Shown: positions 41,303-52,790 of the stretch, in pieces | How positions within the stretch are numbered: position 1 is the stretch's first letter | Layout: every line of letters starts with the position of its first letter | NCBI GenBank assembly: GCA_030655395.1 | Contig: JAURVQ010000033.1 | Location: forward strand, 493 to 64,492 | DNA from: Gammaproteobacteria bacterium | GTDB taxonomy: Bacteria; Pseudomonadota; Gammaproteobacteria; SURF-13 | Direction of reading: 5' to 3' | DNA: 64,000 bases | Made by a program: the position numbers and the translations under genes | The notes under the pieces: generated by a model | Told to the model about the DNA's origin: nothing | Seen by the model: only the letters and a program-made list of their open reading frames with translations | Databases searched by the model: none

Positions 41303-42205
41303 ATGACCTATCCCACCATAGAATCATTTATCGGCAATACACCGCTGGTGCGATTGCAGCGCCTGCCGGGTGATACGACCAACACCCTGCCAAATACCAT
41401 ATTGGTCAAGCTGGAGGGCAATAATCCTGCGGGCTCGGTGAAGGACCGGCCGGCGATGAGCATGATCAAGCATGCCGAGGCGCGCGGCGAGATCAAGCCG
41501 GGCGACACCCTGATTGAGGCCACGAGCGGCAATACCGGCATTGCGCTTGCGATGGCGGCGGCGATACGCGGCTATCGTCTCACGCTTATCATGCCGGAGC
41601 ATATGAGCGCGGAGCGGCGCAGCACGATGAAGGCATTCGGCGCCGAGATCATTCTGGTGTCGCGTACGGCGAGCATGGAAGGCGCGCGCGACCTCGCCTT
41701 GCAAATGCAGACCGAGGGCAAGGGCCGCGTACTCGACCAGTTCGCCAACCCCGATAATCCACGCGCGCACTACGAAACTACCGGGCCGGAGATCTGGCGC
41801 GACACGCAGGGCAAGATCACGCATTTTGTCAGCGCAATGGGCACCACCGGCACCATCATGGGAACCTCACGCTTTCTGAAAGAAAAAAATCCCGCAGTGC
41901 AGATTATCGGTGTGCAGCCGAGCGATGGCTCGCAAATCCCCGGCATCCGCCGCTGGACCAAGGAATACCTGCCGAAGATTTATGACCCCGCGCGCGTGGA
42001 TCAGGTGATGGAAGTGAGTCAGGGTGAGGCCGAGGCGATGACGCGCGAACTCGCCGCGCGCGAAGGCATATTCGCCGGCATATCTTCCGGTGGCGCCGTG
42101 GCGGCGGCACTGCGCTTGTCGCGCGAGATATCCGACGCCGTGATTGTCGCCATCGTGTGCGACCGCGGCGACCGCTACCTTTCCACCGGCGTGTTTCCGG
42201 ACTGA
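41303..42205 (+). CDS. cysM: cysteine synthase B (CysM)
   Basis: Near-colinear with E. coli CysM: IGNTPLVRLQRLPGD, LEGNNPAGSVKDRPAMSMI, PLP-binding lysine, SGNTGIALA and the VCDRGDRYLSTGVF tail. Confidence 0.85.
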   Translation: MTYPTIESFIGNTPLVRLQRLPGDTTNTLPNTILVKLEGNNPAGSVKDRPAMSMIKHAEARGEIKPGDTLIEATSGNTGIALAMAAAIRGYRLTLIMPEHMSAERRSTMKAFGAEIILVSRTASMEGARDLALQMQTEGKGRVLDQFANPDNPRAHYETTGPEIWRDTQGKITHFVSAMGTTGTIMGTSRFLKEKNPAVQIIGVQPSDGSQIPGIRRWTKEYLPKIYDPARVDQVMEVSQGEAEAMTRELAAREGIFAGISSGGAVAAALRLSREISDAVIVAIVCDRGDRYLSTGVFPD

Positions 42206-42213
42206 TACACATC

Positions 42214-42984
42214 ATGAACGTACTGGTGTTTGATATTGAAACCGTGCCTGACGTGGAAGGTGGGCGACGGCTGTACAAACTTGACGGCCTCAACGACAAG
42301 GAAGTCGCCGAGGTGATGTTTCATGCGCGCCGGCAGGAAACCGGCGGCTCGGAGTTCCTGCGCCTGCACCTGCACCGCATCATTGCCATCTCCGCAGTGG
42401 TGCGCACGCGCGACAAGGTAAAGGTGTGGTCGCTGGGTGAGGTGGATGCGCCCGAAAAGGAGCTGGTCACGCGCTTTTTCGACGGCATCGAGAAATACAC
42501 GCCGATACTGGTGTCATGGAACGGCGGCGGGTTTGACATGCCGGTGCTGCACTATCGCGCGCTGCTGCACGGCGTGGCCGCACCGAAATACTGGGATACG
42601 GGCGAGGCGGACAGCTCCTTCAAATGGAACAACTACCTCAGCCGCTATCATTCGCGCCATACCGATCTCATGGACGTGATTTCCTTATATCAGCCACGTG
42701 CCACGGCGCCACTCGATGAGATCGCCACGCTGCTCGGCTTCCCCGGCAAGATGGGCATGGACGGCAGCCAGGTGTGGGACAGTTACATGCGCGGCGAGAT
42801 TGTGAACATCCGCAACTACTGCGAAACGGATGTGCTCAATACCTATCTGGTTTATTTGCGCTACGAACTGATCCGCGGTCACCTGACGCAGACAGAATAC
42901 GAGCAGGAATGTCAACGCCTGCGCGATGAGCTAATGAAAGAAGATAAACCGCATCTTAACGAATTTCTTGCTGCCTGGCGCTAA
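42214..42984 (+). CDS. predicted 3'-5' exonuclease (DnaQ-like fold related to the PolB exonuclease domain)
   Basis: Internal start MNVLVFDIETVPD (Exo I motif); SWNGGGFDMPVL and YCETDVLNTYLVYLRY (Exo III-like) motifs. Confidence 0.55.
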   Translation: MNVLVFDIETVPDVEGGRRLYKLDGLNDKEVAEVMFHARRQETGGSEFLRLHLHRIIAISAVVRTRDKVKVWSLGEVDAPEKELVTRFFDGIEKYTPILVSWNGGGFDMPVLHYRALLHGVAAPKYWDTGEADSSFKWNNYLSRYHSRHTDLMDVISLYQPRATAPLDEIATLLGFPGKMGMDGSQVWDSYMRGEIVNIRNYCETDVLNTYLVYLRYELIRGHLTQTEYEQECQRLRDELMKEDKPHLNEFLAAWR

Positions 42985-43042
42985 CCCGCGCAACCCTGCG
43001 CCTTCTTGCTACTTGTAACTTGCCACTTGCCACTGTTTCTCA

Positions 43043-44386
43043 ATGCCCCGCTGTTCGCGTAATTTAAAATCACTGCCGCAAGAGCCCGTGCCGGCTCACG
43101 TCGAGTCGCTCAATCATGACGGGCGCGGTGTGGCGCATATCGGCGGCAAGGCCGTGTTCATCGAAGGCGCATTGCCGGGCGAAGAGGTGTTGTTCACCTA
43201 TGTCGTGCAACGCAAGCGTTACGATGAAGGAACAGTCGCGCAAATTCTCAAACCGTCGCCGCAGCGTGTAACCCCGCGCTGTGCGCATTTCAACATCTGC
43301 GGCGGATGCAGCCTGCAGCATATGGATGCCGCTGCACAGATCGAGGCCAAGCAACAGGTCATGCTGGACAATCTCAGGCAGATCGGGAGGATCGAGCCGG
43401 AGCAGGTATTGCCGCCGCTGAGAGGCCCGCACTGGGGCTACCGGCGCCGCGCGCGGTTGGGGGTCAAGTTCGTTATCAAGAAGGATAAACTGCTGGTCGG
43501 CTTTCGCGAAAAGCGCAGCGCACTATTGGCCGATCTCGACCACTGCGAGGTGTTGCACCCTTCGGTCGGCGGCCTGCTGCCAGAACTGCGCGCGCTTATC
43601 GCCGGTCTCGAAAGCTATAACCTTATTCCGCAGATTGAAGTGGCTGTGGGGGATGAGGCGACGGCCCTGGTATTTCGCAACCTGGCCGCGTTGAGCGGTT
43701 CCGATCTGGAAAGGCTGCGGCAGTTCGGTGAGGCGCACGGCATGCAGATATATCTGCAACCGTCTGGGCCGGAGAGCGTGACCTTGGTCTGGCCGGCGGC
43801 CGCGAGCTTGAGTTATCGACTGCCCGATTACGGACTCGAACTGTTTTTTTCGCCGACCGATTTTATGCAGGTCAATGGCGAGATCAACCGCGCCATGATA
43901 GCGCGCGTCATCGGGCTGCTCGACCTCAAGCCGCAGGAGCGTATGCTCGATCTGTTCTGCGGGCTCGGCAATTTCACCCTGCCTTTGGCGCGTCATGCCG
44001 GGCATGTCACCGGAGTGGAGGGTGATGCGAAACTGGTGCAGCGCGCCAGAGACAATGCGTGCCTCAACGGTATCCACAATGCGGAGTTTTATGCTGCCGA
44101 TCTCAGCCTGGATCTGGCCCAACAGCCGTGGGCCGAACAGCGCTTTGACAAGATTCTGCTCGACCCGCCGCGCACCGGCGCTCTGGAGATCGTCAGACAG
44201 CTGCCGGTGTTCGGGGCCTCAAGAATTATTTACGTCTCGTGCAATCCCGCCACCCTGGCGCGCGATGCGCAGGAGCTGGTGCAGCGCGGATACAGGTTTC
44301 TGAGTGCGGGAGTGATGGACATGTTTCCGCACACCACACATGTGGAATCCATCGCGTTGTTTGAAAAATACGAAAATAGTATCTAA
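43043..44386 (+). CDS. rlmD: 23S rRNA (uracil1939-C5)-methyltransferase RlmD (RumA)
   Basis: TRAM domain, Fe-S Cys cluster (CAHFNICGGCSLQH) and SAM-MTase motifs (LDLFCGLGNFTLPLA, DPPRTG). Confidence 0.8.
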   Translation: MPRCSRNLKSLPQEPVPAHVESLNHDGRGVAHIGGKAVFIEGALPGEEVLFTYVVQRKRYDEGTVAQILKPSPQRVTPRCAHFNICGGCSLQHMDAAAQIEAKQQVMLDNLRQIGRIEPEQVLPPLRGPHWGYRRRARLGVKFVIKKDKLLVGFREKRSALLADLDHCEVLHPSVGGLLPELRALIAGLESYNLIPQIEVAVGDEATALVFRNLAALSGSDLERLRQFGEAHGMQIYLQPSGPESVTLVWPAAASLSYRLPDYGLELFFSPTDFMQVNGEINRAMIARVIGLLDLKPQERMLDLFCGLGNFTLPLARHAGHVTGVEGDAKLVQRARDNACLNGIHNAEFYAADLSLDLAQQPWAEQRFDKILLDPPRTGALEIVRQLPVFGASRIIYVSCNPATLARDAQELVQRGYRFLSAGVMDMFPHTTHVESIALFEKYENSI

Positions 44387-44976
44387 TGATACAAACAGCT
44401 TGGCCCCTTCCCCCTTGCAGGGGGGCAAGGCACGCGTGGCCCCAGTTCTCGCGGATGCCGCTTGCCATGAAATAAAATATAGCGTTTAATCCAATCGACA
44501 TAGCGTAAGGAAAGGGGGCGCTGCGTGATCACATAAGCCGCGTAATCCTGTATCAATTTATATGATTGTCATACAATGAACTTGACCCCTTCTTCCTTCT
44601 TTATAGTCAGAACATGCTATTGCGCGATGAAAAGAATCAGGCTATGTTTTTATCTGCAAGCAAGATCAGCCGTTGAAATAAACAAGAAATATTTCGACTT
44701 AGCAGACCAAGCCAGAAGGTGAACGTATGCAGTGCTTGGCGGTAACGCGCTCGTTTATCCGCTTCTGTACGCAGACGCCTCGTGGCTGCCCGTTGTTTCG
44801 TTCCGCTTTCCCCTCCCGACACTTACTACCCGCCTCCTCGGAGGCATCTCCTTTCAGTTCTACAGAGCAGAATGTGCACCATGACGAGGCGGACTGGGAC
44901 CACCCGGCCAAACCTCATCGGTGGCATAAACCCATGGCCGCAGCACAGCGAACAATAAACGCATGGGCGGCCTGAC

Positions 44977-45570
44977 ATGATGGGCTTGGCCTATTTGCTG
45001 GCTTTTGCGGTTTATCTGCTGATCTCATTGGGCGTAGTGCGTTGGGCCATCAGGCACGCACGTAAAAACGGCAAGAGCGTCAAGCGCTGGGGCTGGGGGG
45101 CGGCGCTCATCATGTACGGCATTGTGTTCTGGGACTGGATACCTACGCTGGTGACGCATCATTACTACTGCGCCACCGAATCCGGTTTCTGGGTGTACAA
45201 GACCCTCGACCAGTGGAAGGCGGAGAATCCGGGGGTGATGGAGCGGTTGGTGTATAACAAGGGCGCACCGTCAACGCGGCAAGGGGATATGGATACTTTT
45301 ACGGATACATATTTATTGAACCAGCGGATCAACTTTATTGTGCAGCAATCGCGAGTGTTTTCATGGTTACCTGTTTATCGCATTGAGGAAACGGTGATCG
45401 ATAGTAAGAGCAATGAGGTGCTTGTCCGCGATGCAACTTTTGGCAGTTATGACCGCACTGGAAGCAACCTAAAATTTTGGATGCACATTGAACGATGTAA
45501 AACACAGAATCACAGAGATCAAGGATCACTTGGAGCAATTATTTCACAATTTGAAGGAGCAAAAAAATGA
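44977..45570 (+). CDS. hypothetical membrane protein (2 N-terminal TM + about 120-aa soluble domain), low-GC islet
   Basis: 197 aa with no recognisable family; an AT-rich upstream region (44450-44700) contrasts with the flanking sequence. Confidence 0.4.
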   Translation: MMGLAYLLAFAVYLLISLGVVRWAIRHARKNGKSVKRWGWGAALIMYGIVFWDWIPTLVTHHYYCATESGFWVYKTLDQWKAENPGVMERLVYNKGAPSTRQGDMDTFTDTYLLNQRINFIVQQSRVFSWLPVYRIEETVIDSKSNEVLVRDATFGSYDRTGSNLKFWMHIERCKTQNHRDQGSLGAIISQFEGAKK

Positions 45571-45729
45571 GCATAATCCAAAACCTGTTTCAACAAGCAC
45601 AACTCGCCGAAGCAGCGTATGAAAATTTCTTTGATAACTCTGGAAATTTGATTAGGAAAAAAGTGGACGCTACCCTTTTCTATCCGGGCCATCGCCACGA
45701 CCGCGATGAGTTATGGGACGCGGCTTAAC
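45568..45729 (+). CDS. small hypothetical protein (53 aa), translationally coupled (ATGA) to the upstream membrane-protein gene
   Basis: MSIIQNLFQQAQLAEAAYENFFDNSGNLIRKKVDATLFYPGHRHDRDELWDAA; its 3' end overlaps the convergent pcp gene end by about 19 nt. Confidence 0.3.
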
Positions 45730-46415
45730 GCGGCGACGCTGGTCTCGACAATGAGGGCGGCGGTTTTCTCCAGCAGCGCCTTATCAAACACCACGGTTTT
45801 TCCCTGTGCGGATTTCACTTTGGCATTGAGCGGCGGGACGTGCACGAATCCGCGCGGTATGGATTTGGCATCATCCGTCCCCGGGTCGAGCATCAGCGTG
45901 TAGAAAGCCGCGTTGCAGAGATAGGTGCCGGCATCATCGGAGAATTTGACGGGTATGCCGGCCTTGCGTAGACGGTTCTCAATTTCGGCCAGCGGTAATG
46001 CTGAATTCAACGCGGCCGGTCCAAGTTCATCAAGCGCCCCGGTTTCCGGCGCGACGCCTTCATTATCCGCTATCTTTTCGTGCACGTTGTGCGCGGTGGT
46101 TTCCAGCCGCACGGGTTCGTCACTCGCCTGACCAAAACCGACCACCAGCACAGGCTTATGGAGTTTGATGAGCGCACGCAGTTTGGTCTCGGCCTTGCCC
46201 CACACCACCGGGAGCTGTGCTACGACCACCGTTGCATTGCCAAGGTGTTTGCCGTCGAGATGTTGCACTGCTTCCCATGAGCCGTTGGTTGCGTCGCCGC
46301 CGAAGGGCTCAAAGCCTGTGACTAGTACTATCCTTGAGGCATCTGCACCCGCAGTGAGGCAGACTCCGAAGAATAGTCCTGCAACAAGTAAAAGAAATCG
46401 CCTTGCATGCCGCAT
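45711..46415 (-). CDS. pcp: pyroglutamyl-peptidase I (pyrrolidone-carboxylate peptidase) with N-terminal signal peptide
   Basis: VLVTGFEPFGG motif and catalytic Cys context (AGTYLCNAAFY); N-terminus MRHARRFLLLVAGLFFGVCLTAGADA looks like a Sec signal. Confidence 0.75.
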   Translation of the reverse strand: MRHARRFLLLVAGLFFGVCLTAGADASRIVLVTGFEPFGGDATNGSWEAVQHLDGKHLGNATVVVAQLPVVWGKAETKLRALIKLHKPVLVVGFGQASDEPVRLETTAHNVHEKIADNEGVAPETGALDELGPAALNSALPLAEIENRLRKAGIPVKFSDDAGTYLCNAAFYTLMLDPGTDDAKSIPRGFVHVPPLNAKVKSAQGKTVVFDKALLEKTAALIVETSVAALSRVP

Positions 46416-46629
46416 GATGTTGTCTCCCTTGCGCGCAGAATATTAAGGAACCTCTGAATAATTCGTCATTCCGGGCGCAGCGAAGCGGAGACCCGGAATC
46501 CAGCGCTTATAATTCAGTGGGTTACTGGGTTCCCGCTTTCGCGGGAACGACATCTATTGAATTAATCAGAGCTTCCCTAAAGCTACACCCGCCGCGAGCG
46601 CTTGTGAAGTGCGCGCGGGTGGGCAGTGT

Positions 46630-49600
46630 CTATCCCAGCCAGCGGCGCGCGTTGCGAAACATGCGCAGCCAGGGGCCGTCGTTGCCCCAGTCGTCCGGAT
46701 GCCAGGAGTTGGACACGGTGCGGATTACGCGCTCCGGGTGCGGCATCATGACGGTGAAGCGTCCGTCGGGCGTGGTGAGACCGGCGATGCCGAGCGGCGA
46801 GCCGTTGGGGTTGGCGGGATAGGCTTCGGTGGGATGGCCGTAGTTGTCCACCCAGCGTAGCGCCACGATGCCTTGGGCCATTGCCTGCTCCGGGCTCGTG
46901 CCGGGACGGAACGAGGCGCGGCCTTCGCCGTGCGCCACTGCGATAGGCAGGCGCGAGCCGGCCATGTCGTGCAGGAACAACGACGGCGAGGCGGAAATCT
47001 CGACGAGAGAGAACCGCCCCTCAAATTGCTCCGATGTATTGCGCATAAACTGAGGCCAGTGTTCGGCGCCCGGAATGAGTTCGTGCAGGTTCGACATCAT
47101 CTGGCAGCCGTTGCAGATGCCGAGGCCGAAGGTATCGGTGCGCTTGAAAAACGCGCTGAATGCGTCGCGTGCGCGCGCGTTGAACAGAATGGATTTGGCC
47201 CAGCCCTGCCCCGCGCCCAGCACATCGCCGTAGGAAAAGCCGCCGGGCGCGGCGAGACCCTGAAATTCAATCAGCGAGACGCGGCCTGCGAGGATGTCGC
47301 TCATGTGCACATCGATGGCGGAAAATCCGGCGCGATCGAAGGCCGCGGCGAGTTCGATGTGGCCGTTTACGCCCTGCTCGCGCAAGATGGCGATGCGCGG
47401 GCGCAGGCCTTTTTTTATGTAAGGCGCGGCGATGTCGTCGTTCGGATCGAAGCTGAGTTGCGCGTTCAGGCCGGGGTCTCGCGCATCGAGCAGGGCGTCA
47501 TATTCCTGCTGGGCGCAAACGGGGTTGTCGCGCAGTGTCTGCATCCGGTACGAGGTCTCCGACCATGCGCGCTGAAGATTAATGCGTGTGTCGCTGAGCA
47601 GCGTTTGTCCCCGCTGTATCACCACAATATGATCGGTGCTGTTAAGTGTGCCGATGGCGTGTGTGTGTTGTTCCAGGCCGACGGCTTGCAGTATTTTCAA
47701 TACGGCGGTTCTGTCCGTGCGGCGTATCTGTACGACAGCACCCAGCTCCTCGCTGAACAGCGCGGCGTGAATATCATTGCCGAGTTCATCAAGATTCAAG
47801 GTGATGCCGGTATGTGCGGCAAAGGCCATTTCGCATGCGGTGGTAAGCAGGCCGCCGTCCGAGCGGTCGTGATAGGCGAGAATGAAATTATTTTCGTTGA
47901 GCGATTGCAGTGCGGTGAACAGCGCCTTGAGCAGCGCCGGATCGTCCACGTCCGGCGCCTGGGTGCCGATTTCGTTATAGACCTGAGCGAGCACGGAACC
48001 GCCGAGACGATTCTGGTTGCGTCCCAGATCAATAAGCAGAAGATCGGTGTCGCCCTGATCGGTGCGCAATTGCGGTGTCAGTGTGCGGCGGCAGTCGTGT
48101 ACGCGCGCAAAGGCACTGACGATGAGCGACAGCGGCGCAGTTACCGATTTCTCCGCACCGTTTTCGCGCCACACGGTTTTCATGGAGAGCGAATCCTTGC
48201 CCACCGGGATGGCGATGCCGAGCGCCGGGCATAACTCCATGCCGACGGCCTGTACCGCGTCATACAGCGCCGCGTCTTCGCCGGGATGACCGGCAGCGGC
48301 CATCCAGTTGGCGGAGAGTGTGATGTCGGAAAGCCGGGTGATGTGTGCTGCGGCGATATTGGTGATGGCTTCGCCCACCGCCATACGCGCGGAGGCTGCC
48401 GGGTTGATGAGCGCGAGAGGCGCGCGCTCGCCGAGGGCCATGGCCTCGCCGGTGAAAACGTCGAAGCTCGTTGCGGTGACCGCGACGTCCGCCACTGCGG
48501 TCTGCCACGGGCCGACCATCTGATCGCGCGCCACCAGCCCGCCGACGCTGCGGTCGCCGATGGTAATCAGGAAGCCCTTGTTCGCCACGGTGGGGAAACG
48601 CAGCACGCGCAGTGCGGCCTCGTGCAGATCGATTTTGCTGGGATCAAACTCGGAAAGCAGCGGCGGCGCATGGCGCACATCGCGCAGCATTTTGGGCGGT
48701 TTGCCGAGCAGCATGTGGAGCGCGAGGTCGATAGGCGTATTGTGAAACTGAGCATCCACCAGCGTGAGCTGTTCGTCCACCGTGGCCTCGCCAACCACTG
48801 CATGGGGGCAGCGTTCGCGCGCACAGAGCGCGGCAAATTCGTCGCGCCGCTCCGGGGCTACCGCCAGCACGTAACGCTCCTGCGCCTCGTTGCACCAGAG
48901 CTGCATGGGCGACATGCCGCTGTCGTCGCTCAGTATCTTGCGCAGTTCGATGTGCGCACCGCGCGCACTGCCGTGCACCAGCTCCGGCAGTGCATTGGAT
49001 AAACCGCCAGCGCCGACGTCGTGTATTGAGAGGATGGGGTTGGCGGCGCCCAGTTGCCAGCACTGGTCGATCACTTCCTGGCAGCGGCGTTGCATCTCGG
49101 GATTACCGCGCTGTACCGAGGCGAAGTCGAGCGCCTGATCGCCGCTGCCGCTGGTGATCGACGATGCGGCGCCGCCGCCCAGCCCGATCAGCATCGCCGG
49201 CCCGCCGAGCACGATGAGTAATGCGCGCGGCGGGATTTCATTTTTTTCTACATGCGCCGAGCGGATGTTGCCGACGCCGCCCGCGAGCATGATGGGTTTG
49301 TGGTAGCCGCGCCGGTCGATACCGTGTCCGGCCTGCACCTGTGCTTCAAAGCTGCGGAAGTAACCGCAGAGGTTCGGGCGGCCAAATTCATTGTTGAACG
49401 CCGCCGCGCCTAGCGGCCCCTCCAGCATGATGTCGAGGCTCGACGCGGTGTGGCGAGGCTTGCCGAAGTCGGTCTGTTCCCACGGTTGCATCGCGCCGGG
49501 AATGCGTAAATGCGAAACGGAAAAGCCGCACAATCCAGCCTTGGGTTTGGCGCCACGGCCGGTGGCGCCTTCGTCACGGATTTCGCCGCCGCTGCCGGTG

Positions 49601-50538
49601 GCCGCGCCAGGAAACGGCGAGATGGCGGTGGGATGATTGTGCGTCTCCACCTTCATCACGATATGGATGTCTTCGGGGTGATAGCGGTATTCGCGCTCCG
49701 CTGACGGGAAGAAACGTCCGGCGCGCGCGCCTTCCATCACGGCGGCATTGTCCTTGTAGGCGGAGAGGATGCCGTGCGGGTGTTGTTTATGCGTGTTGCA
49801 GATCATGGCAAACAGCGACGCATCCTGGCGCACGCCGTCGATGATCCAGTCGGCATTGAAAATTTTGTGGCGGCAGTGCTCCGAGTTCATCTGCGCGAAC
49901 ATCATGAGCTCGACGTCGGTCGGGTTGCGCCCGAGCGCCGTGAAGTTTTGCAGCAGATAATCGATTTCGTCTTCTGTGAGCGCGAGCCCCAGCGTCTGAT
50001 CGGCCTTGACCAGTGCGGCCCGGCCGCCGCTCTGTACGTCGACAAAGACCAGCGGCGCGGGCTCCGCGTGCATGAACAGTTTTTCGGCCTCACGCGCATC
50101 GTCCAGCAGCTGCTCTGTCATGCGGTCGTGAATGAGGGGTGCGATGTGTTCGCGTTCGGTGCCGGTGAGCGGCGCGCCGTTCGTTTTTGCAAGGTAGTAA
50201 ATCACGCCGCGCTCGATGCGCCGCACCTGATGGAGTCCGCAGAGGTGCGCAATGTCGGTGGCCTTGCTCGACCACGGCGAGCGGGTGCCTATGCGCGGTA
50301 CGACCAGCAGCGGTTCGCCGGGTGGAGTTTGAGTGCCGCCAAAGCTGGAGCCAGCGCCGTAGCTCAGAATCTTTTCGAGTTGTGAGCGTTCTGCGCCGGT
50401 GAGTTCGTGCGCGAGATCAATGAAATGGATGAATCTGGCGCCGACGCTGTCGAGATCGGACACGGCCACGCGCAGGGCGGAGCGCAACTTGTCCAGCCGG
50501 AAACCGGACAGTGCTTGCGGCCCGTGCAGTTGAAGCAT
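46630..50538 (-). CDS. purL: phosphoribosylformylglycinamidine synthase (large single-chain PurL)
   Basis: 1302 aa with PurS-like N-terminus, two AIR-synthase-like repeats and a C-terminal glutaminase domain (GICNGCQMM). Confidence 0.9.
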   Translation of the reverse strand: MLQLHGPQALSGFRLDKLRSALRVAVSDLDSVGARFIHFIDLAHELTGAERSQLEKILSYGAGSSFGGTQTPPGEPLLVVPRIGTRSPWSSKATDIAHLCGLHQVRRIERGVIYYLAKTNGAPLTGTEREHIAPLIHDRMTEQLLDDAREAEKLFMHAEPAPLVFVDVQSGGRAALVKADQTLGLALTEDEIDYLLQNFTALGRNPTDVELMMFAQMNSEHCRHKIFNADWIIDGVRQDASLFAMICNTHKQHPHGILSAYKDNAAVMEGARAGRFFPSAEREYRYHPEDIHIVMKVETHNHPTAISPFPGAATGSGGEIRDEGATGRGAKPKAGLCGFSVSHLRIPGAMQPWEQTDFGKPRHTASSLDIMLEGPLGAAAFNNEFGRPNLCGYFRSFEAQVQAGHGIDRRGYHKPIMLAGGVGNIRSAHVEKNEIPPRALLIVLGGPAMLIGLGGGAASSITSGSGDQALDFASVQRGNPEMQRRCQEVIDQCWQLGAANPILSIHDVGAGGLSNALPELVHGSARGAHIELRKILSDDSGMSPMQLWCNEAQERYVLAVAPERRDEFAALCARERCPHAVVGEATVDEQLTLVDAQFHNTPIDLALHMLLGKPPKMLRDVRHAPPLLSEFDPSKIDLHEAALRVLRFPTVANKGFLITIGDRSVGGLVARDQMVGPWQTAVADVAVTATSFDVFTGEAMALGERAPLALINPAASARMAVGEAITNIAAAHITRLSDITLSANWMAAAGHPGEDAALYDAVQAVGMELCPALGIAIPVGKDSLSMKTVWRENGAEKSVTAPLSLIVSAFARVHDCRRTLTPQLRTDQGDTDLLLIDLGRNQNRLGGSVLAQVYNEIGTQAPDVDDPALLKALFTALQSLNENNFILAYHDRSDGGLLTTACEMAFAAHTGITLNLDELGNDIHAALFSEELGAVVQIRRTDRTAVLKILQAVGLEQHTHAIGTLNSTDHIVVIQRGQTLLSDTRINLQRAWSETSYRMQTLRDNPVCAQQEYDALLDARDPGLNAQLSFDPNDDIAAPYIKKGLRPRIAILREQGVNGHIELAAAFDRAGFSAIDVHMSDILAGRVSLIEFQGLAAPGGFSYGDVLGAGQGWAKSILFNARARDAFSAFFKRTDTFGLGICNGCQMMSNLHELIPGAEHWPQFMRNTSEQFEGRFSLVEISASPSLFLHDMAGSRLPIAVAHGEGRASFRPGTSPEQAMAQGIVALRWVDNYGHPTEAYPANPNGSPLGIAGLTTPDGRFTVMMPHPERVIRTVSNSWHPDDWGNDGPWLRMFRNARRWLG

Positions 50539-50561
50539 GGCAGGCTTGATGCGACCCAGAT

Positions 50562-51704
50562 TTATTTTAACTGCTCGTGCAGTAATGCCAGTATGCGATT
50601 CGAGGTTTCGGAGTTTTCCGGCGCACCGTCCTTGTTCAGTATGGTGATGCGCGTGGTGGCGCCTTCACCCGTCACGCTGACCAGATATTGCACGTTTTCC
50701 GTTTTCTTGTCGCTGTTGCCCCAGAATTTGAGCTTGCTCAAGTAGCCGTCCTTCTTTTCCTCCTTGAGAGGATCGGCATAGCGCACGTAATAGAGGCCGC
50801 GTGAACGGTCGCGGTCTTCCACCGTGAAGCCGACGCGGTCAAGCGCGATGCCGGTGCGGCGCCAGCCGCGCGAGAAGTCTTCGTCCAGGCTGAGGAAGCT
50901 GTTGCCCTGAGCATCGCGCGTGAGCTGGGCGTGCGGTGCGTCTTTCGCGCGCGCGAGCAGCGACTTTGCCTTTTGCTCGTCGACGCCGAAGAACACCGCC
51001 ATGCGATTGAGCATTTCGATTTCCAGCTCCGGATCGGACGGGCGGCTTTGCCAGATGGTGGAGGTGCCCTGCACCACTTCTTCCACGCCGCGATGACTCA
51101 GGAAAAGCTCGGTGCTGTTGGAGTCTTTGCCGCGCTCCAGGCGTACGCGGTATTTGTCACGCGTGGCCGAGGAGTAGAGAGCGTCGAACACCTTGCTGAT
51201 GACGGAGCGGATGGCGTCTTTCGGGATGTCGGCGCGGTTTTCCATCCAGTCGGTTTCCATGATGCCGATGCGCGGGTCTTCTTCCTTGATCAGAAATCCG
51301 TTCTGCAGAAAGAATTCACGCACCTTGGGCCAGACCGTTTCCGGCGCGCCCTCCATCACCAGCCAGCGTTTGTCGCCGTCACGTTCGAAACGGATGTTGC
51401 TTTGCTGGGGCAGCACGTTTTCGCTGTGCGCGACCTGCGATCCGCCGCGCTCATCGGTGTAGGAGGACAAGGTCGCGCTGCTTTTCGGGTCGATGTCGGG
51501 CACCGCCATGGTGTCGTCGATGGTGGACTTGGTGAGGTCCGGCGGCACTTCCAGCGCCGGCAGCGTCTGGCTCTTTTTGTACTCGGCCTTTTTCTCCGGC
51601 GAGATTTCGTCGAGCTTGTTGCTGATTGAACTGCATGCGCTTAAGAAAAGCAGGGCAACCCACAGTAAGCTGGAAACAGAATTACGCATAAACGACATAT
51701 TCAT
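50562..51704 (-). CDS. bamC: outer-membrane protein assembly factor BamC (NlpB) lipoprotein
   Basis: Lipobox LFLSAC; architecture similar to E. coli BamC (VWPKVREFF..., TDWMENR); sits directly downstream of dapA as in E. coli. Confidence 0.65.
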   Translation of the reverse strand: MNMSFMRNSVSSLLWVALLFLSACSSISNKLDEISPEKKAEYKKSQTLPALEVPPDLTKSTIDDTMAVPDIDPKSSATLSSYTDERGGSQVAHSENVLPQQSNIRFERDGDKRWLVMEGAPETVWPKVREFFLQNGFLIKEEDPRIGIMETDWMENRADIPKDAIRSVISKVFDALYSSATRDKYRVRLERGKDSNSTELFLSHRGVEEVVQGTSTIWQSRPSDPELEIEMLNRMAVFFGVDEQKAKSLLARAKDAPHAQLTRDAQGNSFLSLDEDFSRGWRRTGIALDRVGFTVEDRDRSRGLYYVRYADPLKEEKKDGYLSKLKFWGNSDKKTENVQYLVSVTGEGATTRITILNKDGAPENSETSNRILALLHEQLK

Positions 51705-51708
51705 TAAC

Positions 51709-52593
51709 CTATGCTATCAAACGGATATCGGCTTGTTGCAGTGCGCGCCGCACACGCGGGTGGCTGGGTGGCGACAAGGGCGTGAGCGGAAGCCGGATGC
51801 CGGGCGGGATCAGACCCATCTGGTGGAGTGCCCACTTGACCGGAATCGGGTTGGACTCGATGAACAGCTCCTGGTGCAGCGGCATGAGCCGCTGATTGAT
51901 CGCATCGGCCTGCGTCCGGTCGCCGCGTAATGCGGCGGCGCACATCTCGTGCATGAGCCGCGGCGCCACATTGGCGGTGACCGAGATTACACCCCTGCCG
52001 CCCATCAGTATCAACTCCATGGCGGTGGCGTCATCACCTGCATACAAGTCCATTTTATCACCACAGCGGTCAAGAATCTCGCGCGCGCGCGCAATATTGC
52101 CGGTGGCCTCCTTGACGCCGATGATGTTGGAAACGGCGGCGAGGCGGGCCACGGTCTCCGGCAGCAGGTCGCAGGCGGTGCGCCCCGGCACGTTGTAGAG
52201 GATTTGCGGTATCGGCACGGCCTCGGCCACCGCCTTGTAATGCAGGTAGAGGCCCTCCTGCGTGGGCTTGTTGTAGTAGGGGGTGACCAGCAGGCAGGCG
52301 TCGGCGCCGCCCTGCAGGGCGCAGCGCGTAAGCCGGATCGCCTCGCTGGTGGCGTTCGCGCCCGTGCCCGCAATGACGGGTATGCGCCCGCGCACCCGTT
52401 CGACGACTTCGCGGATCAGCGCGCAGTGTTCGTCCTCGTCGAGTGTGGCGGATTCGCCCGTGGTGCCGACCGCGACGATGGCGTCGGTGCCGTTTTCGAT
52501 GTGAAATTCGATCAGCCGCGCCAGGCTGTCATGGTCCAGTGCGCCGTCGGACGACATCGGGGTCACCAAGGCCACCATGCTGCCGTGAAACAT
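51709..52593 (-). CDS. dapA: 4-hydroxy-tetrahydrodipicolinate synthase DapA
   Basis: [13 protein letters not shown]...[12 protein letters not shown], Schiff-base lysine context and a YNVPGRT motif. Confidence 0.85.
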   Translation of the reverse strand: MFHGSMVALVTPMSSDGALDHDSLARLIEFHIENGTDAIVAVGTTGESATLDEDEHCALIREVVERVRGRIPVIAGTGANATSEAIRLTRCALQGGADACLLVTPYYNKPTQEGLYLHYKAVAEAVPIPQILYNVPGRTACDLLPETVARLAAVSNIIGVKEATGNIARAREILDRCGDKMDLYAGDDATAMELILMGGRGVISVTANVAPRLMHEMCAAALRGDRTQADAINQRLMPLHQELFIESNPIPVKWALHQMGLIPPGIRLPLTPLSPPSHPRVRRALQQADIRLIA

Positions 52594-52790
52594 CAGGATT
52601 CTCCGTACTACCCGATAAGTAATGCTGTGAGGCCCATTATGGGCTTTTTCGGCCTGTTTTCAGTCACCTGCCGGAAGCGGGCATGGTACTTGCTCCCCTA
52701 TTGTATGACAAGCTGCCGGCATGCGAAGATGATGCGGTTTAGGGGTCCGGAAGGCAGTTTAAGGCGACCCGCGAGGGGTGATGAAACCGC

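Noticed and set aside
44727-44975. 82-aa ORF immediately upstream of the islet-3 membrane protein gene.
   Set aside because: Low-complexity Ser/Pro-rich translation with no RBS; it ends exactly at the start of the next gene and lies in the AT-rich promoter-like region, so it is probably non-coding.
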